Assembly: GCF_030144855.1 (NCBI RefSeq)
Contig: NC_082712.1
Span: 72,416,001-72,480,000 of the forward strand
Source: Hypanus sabinus
Taxonomy: Eukaryota
Direction: 5' to 3'
Length of the DNA stretch: 64,000 nt
Position numbers and translations under genes: made by a program. The notes beneath the pieces were generated by a model. The model saw only the letters and a list, made by a program, of their open reading frames with translations. It was not told where the DNA came from and ran no database searches. Position 1 is the stretch's first letter. Each line of letters begins with the position of its first letter. Below, piece by piece: positions 12,111 through 24,690 of the stretch.

Positions 12111-12879
12111 GTGATGAGCTGAGTTACCTACCATCCAGGGTCCAATTCACCCAAGTCCGGATAAAATTGGAGCATGTTCTGCTTTTTAAAAATGGGTCAG
12201 GAAACAACCAGTCTCTTCATCTGGGCTATCAAATGTGACCCACCTGGGTCACAATGCTCACAGTACAACACATAAAAAACTCCAGTAGATACAGTACCTC
12301 ATCAATTTCTTTCCTTCAGCAGGGACAGAAACAATTCCTTTCCACTAAGATGGGAAGAGGGGCTCTTTGATACCGACTGTTGAAGCATAAACGTTGACTG
12401 CTTTGGCACATTCCTAGTTCCTTTCATCAAGCGCTGTTACCTCTGCTGTTGCCGGGATCTACATCCAGCCTCAACCTGCACCTGCTACCGATCTACATCT
12501 GACCCCTCCAGTGGGGCCAATGGGCTGCTAGTCTCTGCAGCAGTCTTCCTCAGCTGGCCCTCTCCACAGTGAGCATCCCAATCTCAATCATGAGAATTGA
12601 CCAAATACCAAGGGAAAGGGGCAGACTCAGGGCTGTTAAGGGAAATATTGTTATAAATGACAGATGGTGTTGCCATATCACAGAGGCATTTTAATAGCCA
12701 CTGGAGGTGGGGGACAGGGGGTTCCAGAGACAAAGGGACATATGCCAGTCATAAGGGTATGATAGTGAGCATGAACAGCTTGAATTATCACTGATCCCAG
12801 GGAACGTTCAGATCTGTCAGCCTGACCAGACCGTAATTCAGCCGAGACCAATGTATCCAAGCCATGCATTAAAATCCAA

Positions 12880-15408
12880 GGTTTTTAATGCTGCACAGTA
12901 GGATTTAAACTAGAGTTGCAGGGGAATGGGAGTGCCAGAGCAGCCGGTGGAGAGGTTGTGGAGGCAGATGTTGATAATGCCTCAAACAAAGTTAGGATCA
13001 AAAGGGTGACTGAGCATGGTGCCTGAGCTGCAAGATATATTGTAGGAAAGGCAGATAATAGTGCTGAAGATGGGGTAGCTGATTTACAAACAGAGGCAAA
13101 GTGTATTGAGGAGAGGATGTTGATAGGGCAAAATTGCAGTCAGCAGGATGAGCTGCAATGTAAAAGGGTAAGTGATCAGAGTTTGATTGAAGTCACTCTG
13201 AAATTTGAGAAAGTGAAGCTCAAGTCAGATGTATCATTATTACGGAGGAGTGAGGGGAATTACAAATGTATGAGAGAGGAGCTGGCCAATGTTGATTGGA
13301 AGGGACACTAGCAAGGATGACAAAGTGGCAATGGCTGAAATTTCTGGAAACAGCTTGGAAGGCACAGGATATGTGCAACCCAAAGAGGAAAAGGTATTCA
13401 GAAGACAAGATGACACAACCATGGCTAACTACAGAAGTAGAAGTCAACATAAAAGCCAAAGAGAAGGCATATAATAGAGCAAAAATTAGAAGGAAGTTAG
13501 AGGATTGGGAAGCTTTTAAAAACCAACAGAAGACAACTAAAATGTCATTAAGAAGGTAAAAATGGAATATGAAAGAAAGCTAGCCAATAATATTAAAGAG
13601 GATACCAGAAGATACATAAAATGTAAAAGAGAGGGGAGAGTGGATATTGGACCCCTGGAAATTATGCTGAAGAGTTAGTAATAGAGCACAAGGAAATGGC
13701 AGACAAACTGAGTATTTTGCATCAGTCTTCACTGTGGAAGACACTAGCAGTATCGTGGAAGTTCCAGGTGTCAGGGGTCATTAAGTGTGTGAAGTTACCA
13801 TTACTAGAGAGTAGGTTCCTGGGAAACTGAATGGTCTGAAGGCAGAAAAGTCACCTGGACCAGATGGTGTACGCCCTACTGAAAGAGGAAACTGAAGAGA
13901 TTGTGGAGGAATTAGTAATGATCTTTCAAGTATCACTAGATTCTGGGATGGTTCTGCAATACACTGAAAACTGCAAATTGTCACTCTACTCCATAAGACA
14001 GAGACACAGGAGAAAGGAAACTATAGACCATTTAGTGCAACCTCAGAAGTTGCAAAGATGTTAGAGTCAATTACTAAGAATGAGGTTGCTGGGTACTTGG
14101 AGGCACAAGATAAAATAGGCCGTAGTCGGTATGGTTTCCTCAAGAAAAAAGTCTTGCCTGACAGATCTGTTGGGGTTCTCTAAAGATATAACAAGCAGGA
14201 TAAACAAAGGAGATTAGGTTGATGTGTATTTGGATTTTCAAAAGGCGTTTGACAAGGTGCCACACATGAGGCTGCTTAACAAGCTATGAGCCCATGGTAT
14301 TACAGGAAAGATTCTAGCATGGATAAAGCACTGGCTGATTGGCAGGAGGCAAAGAGTGGGAATAAAGAGGCCTTTTCTGGTTGGCTGCCAGTGACTGGTG
14401 GTGTTCCACAGGGGTCTGTGTTGGGACCGATTCTTTTACGGTACATGTTAATGATTTGGATGATGGAATTGATGGCTTTGTTCAAGGCTTGGAGATAATA
14501 TGAAGCTAGATGAAGGGGCACATAGTTTTGAGGAAGTTGAGAGGCTACAGAAGGACAGACAGGTTAGGAGAACGGGCAAGAAAAGGGCAGATAGAATACA
14601 ACAACAGGAAGTGTATGGTGGTGCACCTTGGTAGAAAAATGAAAGAGATGGTTATTTTATAAATTGAGAGAAAATACAAAAAAACTGAGGGGCGAAGGGA
14701 CTTGGGAGCCCTTGTGCAGGATTCCCCAAAGATTAATTTGCAGGTTGAATCTGTAGTGAGGAAGGCAAATGTGATGTTAGCATTCATTTCAAAAGGACAA
14801 GAATATAAAAGCAAGGATTTAATGTTGAAACTTTATAAAACGCTGGAGATGCCTCACTTGGAGTTTTATAAGCAGTTTTGGGCAACTTAGAAAAGGTGCG
14901 CTGAAATTAGAGAGTGTTCAAAGGAGGTTCGTGAAAATGGTTCCAGGATTGAATAGCTTGTCATATGAAGAGTTTTGGATGGCTCTGGGCCTTTATTCAC
15001 TAGAATTCAGAAGAAGAATGAGGGGTGACCTCATTGAAACCTATCAAATGGTGAAAGGCCTTGATAGAGTGGATATGGAAAGGATTTTTCTTATGGTGGG
15101 ATAACCTAAGACCAGAAGACAGCCTCAGAAAAGGGTGTCCTTTTAAAACAGAGATGAGGAGGAATTTCTTTAGCCAGAGAGTGTGAATGTGTGGAATTCT
15201 TTGCCTCAGGCAGCTGTGGAGGCCAAGTGTTTATGTATATTTATGGCAGAGGTAAATATGTTCTTGATTGGTCAGGGCATGAAAGAATACGTGGAGAAGG
15301 CAGGAGAATGGGGCTGAGAGGAAAATTGGATCAACCGTGATGAAATGGTGGAGCAGACTTGATGGGCCAGCCGCCTAACTCTGCTCTGAAATCTCATGGT
15401 CTTGTGGT
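12880..15408 (+). mobile_element. Degraded CR1 LINE (ORF1 end to 3'UTR) lacking most of the endonuclease
   Basis: ggatttaaactag ORF1 end at 12901. QPWLT, KSPGPDG, DFQKAFDKV, GVPQGSVLGP, RGDLIETY motifs. (TATGGTCT)-like tail. Confidence 0.9.
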
Positions 15409-16467
15409 ATCCGTTGTTAATGGACCAGTTCTTGCATGTTAGAATGCATTGGGAGGCTCTTAACTGCCATAAGCAGGTGAGCCTGCTGAGCAAGGATTAT
15501 CTTGGTTGCCAACTCAGCCTTTGGGCTGAGTGCCAGTGTAGTTATGGATAGTGGTCTCTGTCATGCTAGGGAAAGCTGCTTTGTTCATCAGCTCCACATT
15601 CCTGTTTAACTTTTACATGTCTGAGGGAGTGAACCTCGATTATATTGTTCCCCATCTGAATCACCATCATTCCAGATATCCTATCCCTTATACCTGGATC
15701 CCAATCCTCCTACAGGATGATAAATCTGACCTTTACAGGGTTCGTGGGCATGCAGCTGAGTGTCATGTGCCATTTTTGCATTAGAGTCTACATACCACAG
15801 CAACTAATTTAACTTCAGAACATTCAGTGTGTTCTTATCCCTCACACTTAGAATAGTGTTCTGAGAACTCAAAGAAACCAACTTGCACTGCAGTCTCTTG
15901 TTTTTCTCAGAGGGTTTAGCAGTTTCAGTGCCTGACTGGCACAACACAGTCATAAAAATCCACAGTACTTGAGGCAGAGAATCCCTTTTAGAAGGAAAAG
16001 CTATATGATTAAGACATTGCGATATTACACATGGAAGTTTAACATCTGACAATTCAGCAAATACCTTCTCACAGCATCTTAGAGGACCCCATTTCTCACA
16101 ACATTAGCCTGTGATCCACAACCCTCAGAGTTATCCATCCATCTGGGAACCTGATAAGTCTCGGCTATGGTATCGCATGACTTGCTTATCCACCTCCACA
16201 TTTTCCTATATCCTGCTCGCACTGCCAAAGTGGTATGTGCTAGGTTGATCAGATCCAAACTAATCAAGTGTCCAGGAGTTGTGGGAATAAGCATATATGC
16301 ACAACAAAGTAACTTAAACCTAATTTATTACCATAAAATAGAAAACACAAATAAACCACACAAAATAGTAAATTACAAAGATTTTGAGTCTTCGTCACCA
16401 TAACTTAGTCATTTAGATTGTTACTGTTGTCTGGCGAATTCCAAATTCTGATTCGCTCATGAAAGAA

Positions 16468-16487
16468 TCCCTGGGTTCTCGGCACCA
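16468..16487 (-). promoter_or_regulatory. tRNA-Phe-like primer binding site of a decayed LTR element (LTR possibly ~16490-18270, interrupted by the Harbinger)
   Basis: Minus strand TGGTGCCGAGAACCCAGGGA vs the tRNA-Phe PBS TGGTGCCGAAACCCGGGA. Candidate LTR 5' terminus TGTGGAATTT at ~18270. Confidence 0.45.
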
Positions 16488-16805
16488 ATCACTATCTCCG
16501 GTCCTTGGTGAAGTTCAACAAAGCCAACAGATGCATCCAAGTAACTACATGTGTCACAAGTGCAGAGACAAACAAACTCTGTAGCCTTTTGTCTCAATTC
16601 AGCCTGTTCTTAGTAAACACGTTCTGTGTCCATTAACACATTCTTCATAAATCATTTAGACATTTCCTCATTCACTCAGGTCCGAACACACATTTCTTTG
16701 GACTTAAAAAGGGCATTAATGTTTTTATATAAGTGATAAGCCTAAATCCAAAAAGAATCCATTAAGCCAACTATCAAGCCACTTAACAGGCATTCACATT
16801 TTATT

Positions 16806-18188
16806 GGCTACGTCCACACTAGACCAGATAATTTTGAAAATCCCAGTTTCATGTAAAAACAACAGGCATCCACACTAGGCATTTTTGAAAATACCTCCAT
16901 CCACATTAAAATGGGTATTTGGGTGAATCTCCTCCTACTGGGCATGCACAGGACACATCTACAGAAAACCAGCGACATGTTTGGTGTCGAATCTCGCCGT
17001 GAAAGACTTGGTGCGTGTTTGTTCAGTTACAGACTAGAAAAACTTAAAAGGAAATTGACAAACAACAGACAGCTGTTGGCTCTCGCAGGAGGATTTAAAA
17101 CTAAAAAAAAACAAATACTGGAGCATCTGGAGGCAATGGACAGGGAGATCATGGACAGTATGACCCAGCTGATGACAAACAGTGAAAAACTGACTAACCC
17201 TGGAAACATTTCCTACAGCCGCGGTCTCTTCTCCTATGAAAGGGACGACAGCTACAATTAAATGCAATAAGGCTTGTTACTGGGCAAAAGTGAAATTTGC
17301 TGTTACCTCATTTGTTTGCCTTTACTTTGGCCAAGTCCTTTTGTATTATTTTACTGTATTTAACACGTGCAATAAAGTGAGTTACTGGGCAAAAGTGATT
17401 TTATTTTTACCTGAGTAAAAGTGAAATTTACAATTTTCCTTTTTTGGCCTTAACATTTTCACGTCTATGCCAAACATAAGCTACTACTTAAAAATTACAT
17501 TTTGGAAGTAGTGACAATTGCATCTATTGAATGTTTGTACAAGAAATACATTAATAAAGCACCTTGTTAAATATATAAAACATGTCTACATCAGTGTTAT
17601 TGTGTATTTCCATACAATGTTACATTAGGCTGTTATGCATCTATTGTCAGAGAGGTACTTGCATAAATAGGTAAACCACCTTCATATGAGCAAGGACAGA
17701 AAACAGGGCAGTGATTATACTTATTTATTCAGTAAGTTTTTGGGTCAAAGCATTTGGTGAGCACGTTTCTAACTCTTCTGGCTTCAGTCTTATTGCTGTC
17801 TGTTCTGAAATTGTTAGGTTATGTGGGGGGGGGGTTGAAATTCTCTGTCATACTGCAAAGCTGCAGTAACATTCTGCTCAGGGACAGTCCCTGAAGCCGT
17901 CCACCATTGTTGTTGTGGTGTTGGAGGTTGCATTCAAGAAAACAATAAAATGCCGTGCTGCCGCCACCATCTGTTCCGGCATATCATGACAGCGTTTTTA
18001 AAAAGCTCCGGTTACCCTGTACACATTACACTCCTCAACTGGCATTTTCAGATTTACACACCCTGGAGAGCATTTTAGAAAAGCTCTGTTTTCAGAGGAG
18101 GAAAACATTGTTTCAGTGTGGACAGAGGGTCAAAATGAAGAGAAAAAGCTTTGGTTACAGATTTATCCAGTCTAGTGTGGATGTAGCC
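16806..18188. mobile_element. Internally deleted PIF/Harbinger DNA transposon
   Basis: TIRs GGCTACGTCCACACTAGACCAGATAA ... TTATCCAGTCTAGTGTGGATGTAGCC, TAA on the right flank. Subterminal (TC)CACAC(T) repeats. Convergent remnants of an accessory coiled-coil ORF (+, 17030-17261) and a transposase C-terminus (-, 17729-17820: NFRTDSNKTEARRVRNVLTKCFDP). Confidence 0.88.
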
Positions 18189-19844
18189 TAAGAAAGAATC
18201 TAACTATTATCAACAAATATTTAACAGATGTTAACAGTGTTTACTCACTAACAGACATATAAATTCCACACACAAGATCAGAAAGTGTTAAATTGTCATT
18301 TTTACCTTCCAGACATTCATTGGATGTTTTACAAGAAATAATATGACACACCTCTCCTTGTTGCTACTTATAAAAGGGTCAAGGAAAAGTCTGACACATT
18401 TAAAGCCATCTGCAATTTAGTGGCAGGTGATGGAAGAGGGCAATACTATCACTGTATATAAATTAATGTTGAGCACTTTATTTCTTCAGTTCAGGCAGCA
18501 GTACCTCAACAATACAAGAAAACAAACATTTTACTCAAAGGCTTTCCATAAACGTGAGCCTCGAGAATCTTTGAGAATGAAGTATCTTACTTTAATTTTT
18601 CCTGCATTTTCACTATGCTAATTAAATACAACATTTACATTTAAGTTGTGTTGTTTCCATGTTGATGAATTATTGAAGTACTGGGTCAACTCAGTTTCTA
18701 AATATAAAGAAGTTTATTTTCCCACAACGAAGCTCATTTGACAAATTTGTTTTATGTTGACCATGCTGTAGCTTACACTTAAATGTTTTTTTTTGTTGCA
18801 CATCGGTAACATATAATGTGTTTTCTGCTGTTATCTACATGCCTGTCAACAAAAGTGCTGTGACATGTGATGTTTCCCATGATCTGTGGCAGTCTCAAGA
18901 ATAACTAAAGATGGGAAATAAATACTGGATATAGCAAGGACACCTGCACCCCATGGGAGAATAGAAAAAGAAACCACAATGATTTCAGCTGAAAATCTTT
19001 GTAATTTGGGTTAAACTGTTATGCACTGCCACCTAATCTCATAGATCTTTACAAAGTCCAAAGTGCAGTGATCTCTCTTTAACAAAGAACAATCATATTT
19101 TCCTCCCAGGGACATTATTTGATTCTATCACATCTTATAGCAACCTAGCATGTTCCTATCTGTTTTAATTCAATTTCATGATTAAAGAAAAGAAAGGCAC
19201 TAGTTCATGGATTTATTCTGTTACTCTGATAATAGTCCATTGTGATCATTTTTGAAAGATCAGAGGGTTTATTCAGCCTTGAAAGTACAGACATCCTGAA
19301 ATAAATGCAAAGTGCATCTTTTATTAATCCATACATTAATACTTCATGATTTCATTCTCATGCTTATGCATATTCTTCAAGAGGAAATCTGCTAAAGTAG
19401 TGTAAAGCAACCAGGTTTTTCAATAAATATATTATTTGGGAATGAGGATGCACTTGTATGCAGTGTCAACTAAGTTCATGGCAATGTTGCATAATGAAGA
19501 ACGATGGCTCTCAACCTAAAGCCTGGGGGCAGCATTTGTTTCCCTGGACACACTGCCTCAGGGATGTAATAGTTGTAAATGGATGGTAGAAGGGGTACAG
19601 ATCCAGCCTGAGTAGCACGAAGAGACACATTCTGGCAAAAAAAAACACGGAGTCACACACAGACTGTTATGAACAAAGTCAATACTCAATTAAGAGTAGC
19701 GAGATGAGTATTATGCTTGAAGCAAACCTAAAATTTAAGATGCTAAAACATTTTAAATAATGGAACTTACACAACAGAAGATCTAATGATGTTTGAGGCC
19801 TCCTTGATGCTTCAATTTTTTGCCATATGCTAAAGGCAATAGAC

Positions 19845-20950
19845 AGGGTGACATGGTAATGTAGTGTTCAGCACCAGCAATCAGAGTTCCACTCCTGCCA
19901 CCCTCTGGAATGACTTTTCACCTTCTGCCTGTGACCATGTGGGTTTTGGTAAGGCCCAGCAAAATGGTGGCATGCTCGGACACATCAGCCACTCCAGGTC
20001 CAACCAAGAGTGTATTTGTTCATTCTGTACATCTTTTTCATGATTGCAAGTCACTGCTGGATACCAAGAACATCAGTTACTGCAGGATTATCCCATCACC
20101 AAATTGCTCAACAGTGACAGAGCTGGATTTATTCTGTACCATTGTTGTGTTGTCACCTGGACTGGTTGCGTACCATTATGCTCAGAAGTTGATTGGTGTG
20201 AGAGAATTGTCTTAGGTGTTTTTATTGTATTCACCAATGGACATTGGTTAAGGAGAATACTACAAGTGTAGTTCACTAGTTTATTGATGAGATCAACGGC
20301 AGGGGAGATGCATTGCTTCAGATGTGGCAAGGACTAGACCGATACGGGGGGGGGGGGGGGAGGTGTGACACCTGTTGCAGTTGCCCAAGAGACGAGACGC
20401 CAAAGTGGTATGGGAGAGGTTTTGTGGAGCACACCATAGTGGTTTAGGGCTGCCCCTCTCATCAGTGCTGCCCTCCACTATATGTTCAGTACTGCCCTCC
20501 AGTGTTCACTCTATGGAAGAGCAAGCAGAACCAGGCCAACCTACCAACAATCAACAGTAATGCCACTCAGGAACTTTCATTATATATTTTTTTCTTTGTG
20601 TTTGTATGTTTTTCTGAAATCATAATCATGTGTGCTATTTGTGCTATGTGCTGTTGCTAATGTGTTTTACACCTTGGCCCAGAGGAAAACTTTCATTTGA
20701 CTATATTCATGTATGGTTGAATGATAACTAAACTTGAAGAACTTCTGACTGCTTCGGTTTCTTCCCACATTCCAAAGGTTATTAAGGGCTAAAAAGTTGT
20801 GGACATGCAAGGTTGGTGCAGCAAGCATGATGACATTGCAGGCTGCCCCCAGCACATATTCAGACTCTGTTAATTGTCAACACAACAACCCATTTCACTG
20901 TATGTTTAGATGCTGAGCTGTACATGTGACAAATAAATCTATCTTCTTTG
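19845..20950 (+). mobile_element. V-SINE variant (19845-19947 + 20742-20950) interrupted by an ~800-bp non-coding insertion
   Basis: The V-domain breaks at gtgaccatgtgggttt and resumes at cttctgactgcttcggtttcttcccacattccaaag. Confidence 0.65.
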
Positions 20951-21633
20951 ATATTTCTGGAATTGGGGTGTTGGGCAACTGTTCTGCTACCAGCAATTAG
21001 AAAGATATGATGCTGATACATTGGTTTCAGTGGCCAACGCCCTAAGCCCTGGATCCCGCCATTGAACACCACTGCCTCTCTACACTCTCACCCACTTCAA
21101 AAATACTTCCATTAACCAAATCATCCAGTCACATATAGGAGTAAATGGAAAGGCCATGCGGAGTTGGTATCCAAAATAAAGCTGGTGTGCACCAGGAGAC
21201 CAGTCAGGGCTGAATTAACAGAGTATGAATTTGATACAGCATTTACAAGCTTGGCTGACAAAATTACACAGAAACTTGATGGTGGTTACAGAAAGACTTC
21301 ATTAATTAACAAACTAGGTCTTCATTATAGAATAAAATGATTACCACAAGTTTAACTTAGTTCACAGTACATCCAATTTTCTATTACAAAAATGATGCTT
21401 GCTATATAATTAATAAAGTTGATGGAAGTTGGGTGTTGTCACTACTGCATTCTATATCTCTATTTTTAGAGTTTGCCTGTGGTCTGTGATTCCCTGTAAC
21501 CATGTTAGTACAATCCACATCCCGATTTAGCCCTCATTCCCCTACAACATCACATATTATCTGCTAACTTTGCTGTGAGTACTTTGTGATGTAATTCTGT
21601 TAAAGGGATCAGCACATGTTCATGTGCACATAC

Positions 21634-22254
21634 TGTCGTGGTTGAAATGACCAGGAGATGCAGACAATTCTTCGAGAAATTTAAACTTTTATATGCAAAC
21701 AAAGGCTGAGGCAATCAATGAACTTGTCACCGAAAGCCCACCGAGCTCCGGTGTACAGCATTCTTTATAGTAATTTCTTATCTCAGTTACATTTTCGGTT
21801 TTATTAGCATACCCAATCAATTTTTAATTGCATATCATCTATTCATTAACTAAACAATCGCTCTTGCCTAGCTCTCGGTGCACCACCATTATTTCTTTCC
21901 AGTTCGCATTGGGGCCCTATTCCTGGCCAAGGTTATTTTTCCAGACAACCTCCCTCACATTACATTTCTTGCTCATACCATCCTGTCCGCCACCGTTATC
22001 TCTTACTAAACAAAGGATGAGTGTAATACATGGGGTACATTTCAGCTAATAGTGCTGCTAGCTAATTGCCACAGTATGCAGCTAAGAGAGTACAAAGTAT
22101 TCAGTTAAAACAATACATAACAAAATGTGTCTAGTAAAATAATACATAGTAATATTCAGTACCTAGAAGTGATTACATAGTATAGTAAATAGATAGTACA
22201 TCGTGATTATATTTCAGGTATATATAATGATTATGTCAGGTATATTTCTCAATA
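21634..22254 (-). mobile_element. Solo LTR (ERV1- or Gypsy-type), 621 bp, 4-bp TSD
   Basis: TSD ATAC at 21630-33 and 22255-58. Minus-strand termini T(A)TTGAGAAA...CCACGACA. TATA-like CTATAAAGA (~21765) upstream of a polyA-like ATATAAAA (~21690). Confidence 0.72.
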
Positions 22255-22274
22255 ATACTTTCTCAAAAAGCCAT

Positions 22275-22490
22275 GTGAAAGGGACCATGTGATTGCTGTT
22301 GACAGGGTGAAGTATTGATAAGGAGAGCAGGGATGACGCTGTTGCTTCATTTTGACATTGTACTACAGGGCCTTTTACGTCCACCTGAGAGAACAGATTA
22401 AACCTCATCCAATAGACAACATTTAAGATGATATAGCAGTCCCTCAATACTGAATTTAAGTGTCAACTGAGTTTTTGTCCTCCAATCAAA
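22275..22490 (-). mobile_element. DeuSINE (SacSINE1/AmnSINE1-like Deu domain)
   Basis: Minus strand cagtattgagggactgct...ggatgag...ctctcaggtggacgtaaaaggccctg matches the Deu core. A more decayed copy lies at ~1800-2097. Confidence 0.7.
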
Positions 22491-23379
22491 GTTCAAAGCA
22501 AATTTTTTTTATCAAAATACATTACCTTGAGATCCATTTCCTTGCTGGCATTTACAAGAAAGAATAGAAATACAGTAGAAATTCACAACAAACTGTACTT
22601 AAGCAGTCATAAAGACTGACAAATAACCAATTTGTAAAAGCAGACAAACTGCACAAATAACAAAAACATTACTGAGAACAAGAAATGTAAAGTGCGCCTG
22701 TAGGTCATAGAATCAGTTTGGGGTAGTAAGTGGTGATTGGGGTTATTCACTGGAAAGAGACCCACTTGTAAGTCATTTAGTGTTTTAGTGGGATTTGTAA
22801 ATATAATGGATGAACTTCCATAAAAGTCTCCTGAGGCCTAGATGGAGAGAGAGTGAAGGCTGATTGTGTAGGATGAGGACAAGTGGAAGCACAAGAAACA
22901 ACATTATGTACAGGTTTGGGGTAAAGGAAAAATAGGAGGAAATAATAAGGAGCCTAAAGTTCTGGAGTGGACTAGGGGATCCATAAACACTGAACCAAGT
23001 CAAAGTAACAACTTGAAGGAAGAAGGTCATGTTCATCTTGCCTACACCTGAAGTCGCTGTCAACTAATAACAATTAATCTACATCAGACCCAATCAAAAG
23101 GCAATGAGAAGACCCAGTACTGAAATGCTTCGAGAACAGTAAGTTTCTCCCAGCCTGCAGTTCAATATGTCCATGCCCCTATTCACAAGGTATTATTTCG
23201 TAAAAGTAATTGGTCCTGTTTGTATTTAAATGAATGAATCTCACTGAGTGAACTAGTGTAACTGGAGCCTGATCACAATTGGTCCTTTCAGGAGAGGATG
23301 AGTAGTTTGAGGAGGGGAGTGGTGAACACTTGAAGCAATGTGACCAGAATGACATTAACATACCGTGTTGTTGTTTCAG

Positions 23380-23489
23380 CTCAGTACTTTGCAAGCACGA
23401 TGTTCATCGTGGGCCTCTCTGTGGTCGTTACTGTACTGGTTCTTCAGTTTCATCACCATGATCCTCATGCAGGGAAAATGCCCAAGTGG
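23380..23489 (+). CDS. chrna8: Penultimate coding exon (110 bp, exon-9 equivalent; TM3 region) of an alpha7-subfamily nicotinic acetylcholine receptor subunit, likely alpha8
   Basis: Acceptor ttgtttcag|CT and donor TGG|gtaagt. Translates (A)[36 protein letters not shown]. The 110-bp length and phase match exon 9 of alpha7-type genes. [15 protein letters not shown] resembles alpha8 rather than alpha7 (VLQYHHHDPDGGKMP). Confidence 0.93.
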
Positions 23490-23879
23490 GTAAGTTAATG
23501 ATATCACCAAAAGACATATTTTGGAGAAATTGACTTGTAAGTGAAGGTGGCTTCCAAACTTGGTGGAAATTGTTCTTCAATCAGTTAATTCACTGTTTGT
23601 TGGTCTGAGGTCAATAAATTCAATAAAGTAGAGAGTGGAAGAATTGATTGAAGACTGAGGAACTGCATCTAAAAAAGGAGGCTCTGAAGGAAAATGAAGT
23701 TTCCTATGATTAGTAAATGCTCCTTAAATATTCGTGGTGGATAAGCAATGGTGAATATTAGAAGAATGCAGGGCTGAATTTGCAATAATCATTTCTTTCC
23801 TGTCTGGCAAAATTTAAATGGGGAAACGGGCTTGAGTATGAGATTGAGAATATTCACAGAAAAATTATATAAAATGAAG

Positions 23880-24690
23880 AAGAGTAGTAACCTGAGGAGC
23901 AGATTAGAATTTGGCAAAGGAGGAGAAAGGGTTTGTTTAAGAAGGGGAAAACAGTATGACAATAATGTTGCAGTGAATATAAAATCCAACTAAAAAAGAT
24001 TCTAAGGAGTTAAGAAGAGAGAAAACATAATCAAAGCATTGTAAATATCTTACAAATAAAAATTGGAATTTTCAATGGAAACAAAATAAACAATAGATCA
24101 ATTAAACAGATCCACAACTGAGACAAAACCATCCAGAAATGTTGGAGAATTGGAGGTCAAGTGAAAGGGAGGAAGTGAATGAAATCAGATTTAGACAGAA
24201 ATAGTGTTAGAGACATTTATGATGTTAGAGGCCAATAAACCCCAGTACCCAGTAGCCTGCATCTCAGAGAAATCAAGAAAGTGATAAAAGAAATAAGGTG
24301 GGTTGCTAATGATTTTCAAAAGTTCCTGAAACACTTCCAACTGATTGGTAGGTAGCTAATGTAATCCCTTTAAAGTAAAAACTAGTGAGAGAGAATTACA
24401 GACCAGTTAACTTAACTGAAGCTGTGGGACAATGCTAAAGTTCATGATGTAATAGCAGAACATTTATAAAACAGCAAAATGATTGTTCAAAGTCAGCATG
24501 GAGTGATGAAAGGGAAACCATCCATACAAATATACAAGAACACTTCAGTGGTGTAACTAGTAGAAGAGATGAAGGAGAACTAGTGGATACAATGCATTTT
24601 GAATGTCAGTAAGTTTTCAGTGAAGTCCTACATTAGAGCCTAACAGCAAGATTAAATGAGTGGGATTTAAATTCAAGGTCGCTTGAATTA
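23880..24690 (+). mobile_element. Highly degraded CR1 ORF2 fragment
   Basis: ggtagctaatgtaatccct, aattacagaccagttaacttaact (NYRPV.LT), agtcagcatgga (SQHG). Confidence 0.65.

Noticed and set aside
16801-16805. Perfect 3-bp TSD for the Harbinger
   Set aside because: The right flank is TAA but the left reads ATT, so no TSD is claimed.
1-23379. Upstream nAChR exon 8 ([29 protein letters not shown]-type)
   Set aside because: Looked for by eye and not found. It probably lies 5' of the window, though a missed 87-bp exon cannot be excluded without tBLASTn.
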